Below, one piece after another: positions 57,913-64,000 of a stretch of DNA of 64,000 nucleotides. Within the stretch, counting starts at the first letter, position 1. Every line of letters starts with the position of its first letter. Source of the DNA: a virus (lineage: Duplodnaviria; Caudoviricetes). The notes beneath the pieces were generated by a model that was not told the DNA's origin, did not search any database, and was given only the letters and a program-made list of their open reading frames with translations. Location: the IMG/VR virus record IMGVR_UViG_642918914_000001, positions 128,001 to 192,000 of that record; one strand, given 5' to 3'. Both the position numbers and the translations under genes were made by a program.

Positions 57913-58158
57913 TTATGCGCGTGACTGCAGTTCGAGGACAGTGTCGTCGTCTGCAAACTGATCGAAGTAATGGTACTCAGGGCACCGAAGTGAGTAATGC
58001 CCGCCGCAGGAATCACACGCGGCTTCGCAGATGCGCCAGTCTTCCACAGGGTGGAACTTGTCGCATTCTGGACATTTCAGATCGTGCTCGGTGAGTGTCG
58101 GTGGACCATCCAGTAATGGACCGTGATCCTGAATGAAATCGTACACGGTAATGGTCAT
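57913..58158 (-). CDS. small Cys-rich protein
   Basis: CPEC, CDSC, CPEYH; GAGG RBS. Confidence 0.6.
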   Translation of the reverse strand: MTITVYDFIQDHGPLLDGPPTLTEHDLKCPECDKFHPVEDWRICEAACDSCGGHYSLRCPEYHYFDQFADDDTVLELQSRA

Positions 58159-58174
58159 AGACACCTCGGTGTTA

Positions 58175-58293
58175 TGGAGTCGCGCCCCGAATCGAACGGG
58201 ATGGGATGTAGCTGAATTCAACCAGACCAACGTGCGGCCGCACGCCTACACCTCTTATGTATTCATACCAGCAGCCTACTGGACTCACGCGAC
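58175..58293 (-). ncRNA. 119-nt tRNA-like RNA with expanded central domain
   Basis: GTCGCG/CGCGAC acceptor stem, T-arm TCCCG-TTCGATT-CGGGG, 3' TCCA; no canonical anticodon arm. Confidence 0.6.
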
Positions 58294-58300
58294 AAAGACT

Positions 58301-58376
58301 TGGAGCGGGCGACGAGACTCGAACTCGCGACATCTTGCTTGGAAGGCAAGAACTCTACCAACTGAGCTACGCCCGC
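58301..58376 (-). tRNA. tRNA-Gly(TCC)
   Basis: Canonical 76-nt cloverleaf; loop CTTCCAA; U73; encoded CCA. Confidence 0.95.
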
Positions 58377-58387
58377 AGAAACTGAAA

Positions 58388-58462
58388 CAACTCCCTTAGT
58401 GGGTTCGAACCACTGCCTGCCCCCGTCGGGACCGCTCTACCACTCTAAGCTAAAGGGAATTG
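58388..58462 (-). ncRNA. tRNA-like RNA with tetraloop in place of the anticodon
   Basis: D-arm GCTT-AGAGTGGTA-GAGC, GTCCC-GACG-GGGGC, T-arm AGTGG-TTCGAAC-CCACT, 10-bp extended acceptor stem, no CCA. Confidence 0.65.
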
Positions 58463-58528
58463 AGTTTGCTCACCAGCATGGAGAAGGTGCGCACAGTGCA
58501 CCCCCTTGGTCCATACACGGCTTGCAGA

Positions 58529-58606
58529 TGGTCCGAGTGAGAGGATTCGAACCTCCGACCCCCTGATCCCAAATCAGGTGCGCTAACCAGACTGCGCTAC
58601 ACTCGG
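58529..58606 (-). tRNA. tRNA-Pro(TGG)
   Basis: Canonical 78-nt cloverleaf; loop TTTGGGA; C1-G72, A73; encoded CCA. Confidence 0.95.
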
Positions 58607-58613
58607 TAAACAG

Positions 58614-59000
58614 TTAGACCGCCAACGACGATCTATGAAAAGCGATGTGCCTGAACACTGGCAACTCTAGCGTCGGCGGGTTGATGGGTAGTCCCCAAGC
58701 TTCCAGCAGTGGATGAAACGTTGAGTCGATCCAGCCTTCGGCAACCACAGAATCGGAATTTGTGGACAGCGTAGGTAGCGGGCGCGCAGTTCGTCTGTAG
58801 TAGACAGACTTATCGACAGCGCCACGCTCATGGGGCAAGCGTTCAACCAAGTTGAGTTCTACGCCTAGTCGCAGCGCCAAACGCACTTGGTACACGTTGG
58901 ACCCAAGCATGGACACTAGGTCCAATGCCGCGACCTTTTCAAATTGCTCAGCCGCCTTCAGAATCTCGATCTGCTGGCGAGTCAGGGTAATCTCTGGCAT
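58614..59000 (-). CDS. winged-helix DNA-binding protein (putative)
   Basis: LTRQQIEILK…DLVSMLG..VYQVRLAL…LVER wHTH pattern. Confidence 0.5.
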   Translation of the reverse strand: MPEITLTRQQIEILKAAEQFEKVAALDLVSMLGSNVYQVRLALRLGVELNLVERLPHERGAVDKSVYYRRTARPLPTLSTNSDSVVAEGWIDSTFHPLLEAWGLPINPPTLELPVFRHIAFHRSSLAV

Positions 59001-59346
59001 GGAAGTCCACGTCCTCTACGTCAGTGTTGCTAGGGGCCGCTAGTCGCGGCCGGGGTTGGGGCAATGCCAGCGCCGTTCGGTCAACACGTGGAGGCGCTTG
59101 ATACACTTCAAGCGACGGGATGACGAATGTTCTTTCATCTCGCCACACACTGCTCTTTACCGGTGCCACGCACACATACCACTTCTCGTTGTCGTGTGCG
59201 AAGCAGAACGGTTCTTTGGGGCGCAGTTGCGACAGATAGGTGGTGACCACCTGACCGTCGCGGTACACTTCGATCTCGCGATCATTCGGCCCTTGCTGCT
59301 GGCTTACGTCGCGCTGTGCTACGTACGGCACCAGTTCCATCTTCAC
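58948..59346 (-). CDS. hypothetical protein
   Basis: AGGAGG RBS. Confidence 0.55.
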   Translation of the reverse strand: MKMELVPYVAQRDVSQQQGPNDREIEVYRDGQVVTTYLSQLRPKEPFCFAHDNEKWYVCVAPVKSSVWRDERTFVIPSLEVYQAPPRVDRTALALPQPRPRLAAPSNTDVEDVDFHARDYPDSPADRDSEGG

Positions 59347-59680
59347 CTCCTAACGCAGACAACATCTTCTGGAGCTTGAGGATGCGCGACTGAAGCTGGA
59401 CCTTACGGCGCTCAACGATTTCTTTCAGCGCGCCAGCATCTGGGCCGTAGAGCTTCGCCACCCACTGAAGCTTGGTGACGACCACCACTTCAACGTTGTT
59501 GGCGCCTGCGTCAAGCTGCACCAGCGCGTCATCACCGTAGAAGTCGATCTTCTCGTCGATGATGGCGCGCAACTGAGCGAGCGACCCGCAGAAATCACTG
59601 AGCGAGTCGATATAGACAGCGCCCGGCACAGTGATGAGTCGCGTAGTCTTCAGCTCTTCACGAAAATCTTCAAGACTCAT
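59282..59680 (-). CDS. hypothetical protein
   Basis: GAGG RBS; 132 aa. Confidence 0.6.
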   Translation of the reverse strand: MSLEDFREELKTTRLITVPGAVYIDSLSDFCGSLAQLRAIIDEKIDFYGDDALVQLDAGANNVEVVVVTKLQWVAKLYGPDAGALKEIVERRKVQLQSRILKLQKMLSALGGEDGTGAVRSTARRKPAARAE

Positions 59681-59695
59681 AGGAACCTCTAAGGG

Positions 59696-60085
59696 TTAGT
59701 CAAGAAATACGGCGTGGCCGTCTTGAATCCAGCCATGCCACAGACCACCAGCCGAACCGTCGATCGACGGATGGACGGTGATGTTGTCGAATGTGGCTGC
59801 GTCAGGATCAGGACTGCACAACCACGTGATGTTGGAATACGCGTCGCCTGTAACGCCTTGGACTCGCGTCCAGCCGTGTTCAGGATTCTTACCCTCGGCG
59901 ATCTGCAAATCGGCCAACGCCGCAGTGAACAGCGCGTGCTGCTCACGCCAGCCAACAGACTGGAACATGCACGACTGATAGAAGCTCTTGTCGGGCATCG
60001 GGCAGCGGAAGATGAAGCCAACGCGCTGTCCGTCGGCCACCAGCCAACGAGGGTCAAGCGTGTTGAGTGGGATTCGCGTTGGCAT
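59696..60085 (-). CDS. hypothetical protein (DUF6527-like C-terminus)
   Basis: FRCP…ITVHPSID…WHGWIQDG. Confidence 0.5.
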   Translation of the reverse strand: MPTRIPLNTLDPRWLVADGQRVGFIFRCPMPDKSFYQSCMFQSVGWREQHALFTAALADLQIAEGKNPEHGWTRVQGVTGDAYSNITWLCSPDPDAATFDNITVHPSIDGSAGGLWHGWIQDGHAVFLD

Positions 60086-60418
60086 TAGCCGTCTGCTCCT
60101 CGAAGATTTCCATGCGCGCCAGCACATAGCGGATGTCGTCGATGCTGTAGTACTCACCGAACAGCTGAACGAACGGACGACCACCGTACATGTACGGGGG
60201 ATTGGTGTCCACCTCCTTCACGAGGTCGCGCTGTGCGCGGCGCAGTGCCGATTCACGTTCTTGGGGCGTCATATACGTACAGGTCAGGTTTGGTTCCGAG
60301 ACGAGCGGCAACACCGGCAGACGTCAGCAGCAAGTCCTTGTATCGGCCAAGCGGAATCTGGTCGATGTACTCGATCACCGGCTTCTGCCCGAAGTGGACA
60401 TTGAAATCCATCGCCGCC

Positions 60419-60766
60419 TCACTTACAGTCAGAAGCTGTGATGAACAGCGACCATTCGGGGTCGTTCTTGATGGTCGGATTTGCGAAGAATTGAATCGGC
60501 TGATCCACGCCCTGCTCCTTCATGAGAGCAGCGTATTCCTGACACAGGACCAACTTGTTCTCACCGTTGAGAGCGGGATAGTAGGTGGGTCGCGCGCACA
60601 CCGTGATCAGCTGCACGAGCTCGATGTCGGAGTTCTGAGACTTGATCTGGTTGAAAGCTTCACGCAGCTTGGGAATCGCGTCGTTGGCTTCCTGCATAGT
60701 CTGCAAATTTCCAAGGACATTCTTCATTGCCGCAGTAACGGTCTGAGCGTGCTTGGATTGATTCAT
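60419..60766 (-). CDS. hypothetical protein
   Basis: GAGG RBS; 115 aa. Confidence 0.6.
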   Translation of the reverse strand: MNQSKHAQTVTAAMKNVLGNLQTMQEANDAIPKLREAFNQIKSQNSDIELVQLITVCARPTYYPALNGENKLVLCQEYAALMKEQGVDQPIQFFANPTIKNDPEWSLFITASDCK

Positions 60767-60798
60767 GTGAACCTCGAGGGTTAAACAGATTTGCTTTC

Positions 60799-60924
60799 TG
60801 GGCGACCGGAAGGAATCGAACCTCCGTCTGCAGGTACCAATCTCAGCATTCGATCCGGCCTGTTAAGGTTCCCGCGTGTCTAGCGCCGAGATGCACTGCA
60901 ATTCTGCCACTGAACTACGATCGC
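60799..60924 (-). ncRNA. 126-nt tRNA(Gly)-like RNA with ~60-nt insertion in the anticodon arm
   Basis: GCGATCG/CGGTCGC acceptor stem, D-arm GTTC-AGTGGCA-GAAT, T-arm GGAGG-TTCGATT-CCTTC, 3' CCA. Confidence 0.7.
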
Positions 60925-60961
60925 GTTGATGCTTTCTGGGCAGCCCTCGGCAGAAGGCGTC

Positions 60962-61207
60962 CTAGAAAGTTGTTACTTCGTACTTGCGTCCGTGAAACTG
61001 GGCGATCCAAATCTCCTGGTCCTGATGCGTGCAGAAGATCTGGTCACCAAGATCTTCGCGACGCACGAATATTGTGCATTTGATCTTGGCAAACTTCTCG
61101 TCAGCATGAAGCACTTGGTAGGTATTCCACTGGCCTTTGAGCTCGACCAAAGAGCCTTTCGTTAGCAGTTGCATGTCGAAGAACGGTTGAAAGTCCAGGG
61201 ATTTCAT
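60962..61207 (-). CDS. hypothetical protein
   Basis: GGAGGAG RBS; 81 aa. Confidence 0.55.
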   Translation of the reverse strand: MKSLDFQPFFDMQLLTKGSLVELKGQWNTYQVLHADEKFAKIKCTIFVRREDLGDQIFCTHQDQEIWIAQFHGRKYEVTTF

Positions 61208-61245
61208 CGTAGCTGATCTCCTCCCTGGACTTCGGGCACTAACCC

Positions 61246-61449
61246 CAATCTAACTGTTCGTTACATCCACCCTAGTTACGATAATGAGAAAACCCGACCC
61301 TCTACCGCTGAGGTACCGCCGTCCTTAATCAACTCGTGAGAATTGACTAAGGCACGGCGGACGGGATTCGAACCCGCGTCTTTCAGGCTTAACCATGGCT
61401 TCTTAGAGTAATCGCCATGGCAGGGTGCCGAACTACTGAACTTAGATTG
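61246..61449 (-). ncRNA. circularly permuted tRNA-like module 2 (opened at the anticodon loop; YrlA-like topology)
   Basis: CCTGA, then T-arm GCGGG-TTCGAAT-CCCGT, acceptor CCGCCGT/ACGGCGG closed by a hairpin, D-arm CCTC-AGCGGTA-GAGG, TCGGG; outer stem CAATCTAA/TTAGATTG. Confidence 0.75.
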
Positions 61450-61465
61450 CTTACAGGTCACACGT

Positions 61466-61640
61466 TAGAGGTAATACGCGAACGATAATCGAACTCGACG
61501 CCTGATTAGGGCGTTGCGTCTACCAGTTTCGCCACTCCTACATCAAACACGCTGCAAGCAACACGCTTGATGCAGGAGGTTGGATTCGAACCAACAGTGA
61601 GTTCCGTATAACGCTAACGACTACGCTAACGCTTCCTCTA
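61466..61640 (-). ncRNA. circularly permuted tRNA-like module 1 (opened at the variable arm)
   Basis: GAACTC, then T-arm GTTGG-TTCGAAT-CCAAC, long closed acceptor hairpin, D-arm GCG-AAACTGGTAGA-CGC, ACGCC-CTAATCA-GGCGT, GAGTTC; outer stem TAGAGG/CCTCTA. Confidence 0.75.
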
Positions 61641-61645
61641 TGCTT

Positions 61646-61655
61646 TATTTACTGC
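61646..61655 (-). promoter_or_regulatory. GCAGTAAATA putative promoter of the permuted-tRNA RNA
   Basis: Motif 5 nt upstream of the outer stem of module 1. Confidence 0.6.
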
Positions 61656-61691
61656 TGGGACTACCGCCGAGTGTTGGTAGTCCCGAAATCC

Positions 61692-62489
61692 TTACACCTG
61701 ATTGCTGGCCGGCGACGTGCGCAGCGGTCCCAGGATCAGGTCGGCGAGACGCTGGCCGATGTTGTCAACCGTTTCCACCTGCACGCTGTTGGCGCGAGTA
61801 CGAGCGGCCTTGGTCTCGACGATCAGTTCATCGATGATGGCCAGCGCCTGCGCCTTCTGCAGTGCAGTAGTGGCGCCACTCACCGTGTTGATGGTGAAGG
61901 TGCCGACCACCTTGTCGGTCGTCACTTCCTTGACTTGTGCCGGATGCTTGTCGGTTGCTTCGTACAGCACGACCGGGGTCATCACCTTCTCGGTCTTCGT
62001 GGCGACTTGCGGCTGCGTGGCGCGCCACGTGCCGGGTTGCGCAGCGCTTGCGTCCGGCGCCCAGCCCTTCGACGCGTCGAGCGTCGGAATCTGGGTGAAC
62101 AGCTTGCGGAGTTCGTTGAGGCGGACTTCCAGCCCCATGAGCTCGTCCACCGGCACGTTGGTGGCAATTGCCTGACCGTTGTACATCAGATCGGCGACAG
62201 CCTTGGTGTTGGTCACGTTCTTCGTGAAGAGCGTCTGCTCGGCCTTGGCCCAATAGGTGAGATAGTAGTCGAGCGTGGCGAGCACCGTCGTCGGCAGTTC
62301 CTTGTCCTGACGCGCCGCCGCTTCGATCTTGGCATTCGACGGATCGTCGGTCAGCAGTTCGAGGGTCTTCGTGAAGCCGGTGAAATACTGATCGCCCTTG
62401 GCGAACTTGTTCTGCGTGTCAGCGGTCAGCTGATCACGTGCGTTGATCACAGTCTTTTCAGCTGCGAGAATTTCGTGGAGTTGTGCCAT
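61692..62489 (-). CDS. uncharacterised protein adjacent to the permuted-tRNA RNA
   Basis: MAQLHEILAAEK…N..A.AD…VP…LE..L…PTLD…W…ATDKHPAQV…SGA…KAARTRAN; recalled as a widespread phage/bacterial DUF family. Confidence 0.8.
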   Translation of the reverse strand: MAQLHEILAAEKTVINARDQLTADTQNKFAKGDQYFTGFTKTLELLTDDPSNAKIEAAARQDKELPTTVLATLDYYLTYWAKAEQTLFTKNVTNTKAVADLMYNGQAIATNVPVDELMGLEVRLNELRKLFTQIPTLDASKGWAPDASAAQPGTWRATQPQVATKTEKVMTPVVLYEATDKHPAQVKEVTTDKVVGTFTINTVSGATTALQKAQALAIIDELIVETKAARTRANSVQVETVDNIGQRLADLILGPLRTSPASNQV

Positions 62490-62538
62490 GATGAGAATGA
62501 AGATGGTTAGGTTGGTGGCGCATAGTGGCACCGCCTAC

Positions 62539-62548
62539 TATTTACTGC
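62539..62548 (-). promoter_or_regulatory. GCAGTAAATA putative promoter
   Basis: Motif ~50 nt upstream of the 62489 start. Confidence 0.6.
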
Positions 62549-62889
62549 TACAGAAGGGAGCCTACGGCATCGGTGTTCTGCTCAACAACCAACACCTGCT
62601 TCTCGATCCAGTACCCAACGTGGCTCCGGCACCATTTCAGACCACGATCTTTCTTGATGCCGAGGTCGCCGTGTCCACCGTGGATGCGGCAATGCTCTTC
62701 GTAGTCGGCCAGCAGCTTGATGCGCATTGCGCGGTACGCTCCAGCTTTCGTTGTGTGGTGTGATACAGGATACGCAGCGCTTTCGTAGATGCACGGATTG
62801 TGCATGAACGTGAAGCACGGCAGGTGGATGTGAGCTTCCAAGAACTTAGGCGCGCTGAAGCCTACGAGCGTGATCTGATCTTCGCGCAT
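62548..62889 (-). CDS. hypothetical protein
   Basis: 113-aa ORF. Confidence 0.55.
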   Translation of the reverse strand: MREDQITLVGFSAPKFLEAHIHLPCFTFMHNPCIYESAAYPVSHHTTKAGAYRAMRIKLLADYEEHCRIHGGHGDLGIKKDRGLKWCRSHVGYWIEKQVLVVEQNTDAVGSLL

Positions 62890-62892
62890 GGC

Positions 62893-63348
62893 CTATCCGA
62901 GGATGATGACTTGTTGGTCGGCATCCCGGATCAGATACGAGTACATGGCCATCAGATCAGCGGGCGTTATGAACAGTCCCTCTTCCATCCAGATTCGCGG
63001 ATGCGGAGTGCTCAGATACTTGCCATTCAGCACCGTCTCCACATTCGTCACCGCGACATGGTGCTTGCCCAACTTCTGCAGCGTACGCCGCAGGTGCTCA
63101 ACAGAGCGCTGGTCCCGCGTCGTTACATACAGGTCTCCAGGCTCTGCCATATTAAGAGCAGCGGTGGTCTTTCCGGTGCGCATGCCGGTACCCAATCGGA
63201 TCGTACGCATGTCACGCACCCAATGCTGAGTTGCGGCGGGCCCCCGACGCATGTGGGGCAGAAGGCCCTGTGAATTCTCTCGCAAGCCTTCGTTGATATC
63301 GAGGGCCAAGCGCACAAGCTCAGCGAAACGAAATTGATTGGGGTTCAT
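62893..63348 (-). CDS. small P-loop-like protein
   Basis: GTGMRTGKTT Walker A-like motif; GGAG RBS. Confidence 0.5.
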   Translation of the reverse strand: MNPNQFRFAELVRLALDINEGLRENSQGLLPHMRRGPAATQHWVRDMRTIRLGTGMRTGKTTAALNMAEPGDLYVTTRDQRSVEHLRRTLQKLGKHHVAVTNVETVLNGKYLSTPHPRIWMEEGLFITPADLMAMYSYLIRDADQQVIILG

Positions 63349-63869
63349 ACGATAACTCCAGTTGCAGTGAAGTACCGAATGGGAGCAACCGGGGTGAAGA
63401 ACATGTCCACCGGTTGCTGCCAGTTCCGAGACAAATGGAGGCGATAGTTCTGGCGGATACGTCGACGCGATTTGTTGAGGAGGCGAGTGGGTCCACGCTG
63501 TGCGTACTTGCGCGGCGTGTGCCACTCGAACCAATTAGGGCGTTCGCCCTTTGGGTCTTTCATCTCGTGCAGTTCGTGGATCCGACCCTTACGGTCCATG
63601 ATCCACTTCACTACGCGATACTGAGGGCCAAGCTCCACCTTGAATCCAGGGACAATGGCGCCCGATCCGCGCAATTGCTCAAGGTATGACTGGATACCAA
63701 TCAGGATCTGCTGACGAGTGTACTCGTTACCGCAGTCTTTGTCGTCAAACAGTTCTTTCGGCACAAGGAACGCATCCTGCAGCGACTGCTTGATGATTTC
63801 TTGCACACGGCGCACGTCTTCAGACAGTGGATTGGCGTTGGGTAAGGTCCCGTGTTCAATCAGTGACAC
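63345..63869 (-). CDS. hypothetical protein
   Basis: GGAG RBS before GTG; 174 aa. Confidence 0.55.
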   Translation of the reverse strand: MSLIEHGTLPNANPLSEDVRRVQEIIKQSLQDAFLVPKELFDDKDCGNEYTRQQILIGIQSYLEQLRGSGAIVPGFKVELGPQYRVVKWIMDRKGRIHELHEMKDPKGERPNWFEWHTPRKYAQRGPTRLLNKSRRRIRQNYRLHLSRNWQQPVDMFFTPVAPIRYFTATGVIV

Positions 63870-64000
63870 GATCAGCTCCCAAAGACTGCGTCAGATAGTG
63901 ACGCACAGCGTCCGCCATCTGGTCACGGATAGCGAGCGGCATATTGTTGTACGCGAGTACGAACAGCGCGTATTCCGGCTCTTCCCTGCGATGCGTACCG

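Noticed and set aside
60799-60924. Ordinary intron-containing tRNA
   Set aside because: The insert is too short for group I/II introns, has no BHB motif, and no excision restores a canonical anticodon arm.
61276-61461. 61-aa - strand ORF
   Set aside because: GTG start overlapping the highly structured permuted tRNA-like module; better explained as ncRNA.
1-64000. Prophage, IS or intein/homing elements
   Set aside because: No integrase, transposase, host genes, or HNH/LAGLIDADG/intein motifs were recognised.

Overview
This 64-kb window is part of a GC-rich, large (jumbo-type) myovirus genome. Its gene content resembles Ralstonia/Burkholderia-type giant phages (inference, not searched). Bases 1-3.9 kb are on the + strand and encode a PelA/GH114-like hydrolase and a beta-helix tailspike. 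Almost everything else is on the - strand: (1) a contractile tail/baseplate module at 3.9-19.7 kb; (2) portal, MmcB, RuvC and terminase at 20.7-26.9 kb; (3) RecA/UvsX, an SSB with a very long charged tail and a region-2-only sigma factor at 28-33 kb; (4) a 10-gene DNA hypermodification operon at 33.8-43.5 kb; (5) spanins, primase, a family A polymerase and two more glycosyltransferases at 49-58 kb; (6) a tRNA-rich accessory region at 58-62.5 kb. Two systems stand out. The modification operon couples 5-hmdU synthesis and three TAGT-type glycosyltransferases with an APS kinase and a sulfotransferase, which suggests sulfated-sugar DNA. A set of five non-canonical tRNA-like RNAs includes a ~400-nt RNA made of two circularly permuted tRNA folds directly downstream of an uncharacterised protein gene. 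A GTAAATA motif recurs upstream of many - strand units and is a candidate promoter for the phage sigma factor. All protein calls come from motifs recognised by eye; no searches were run.
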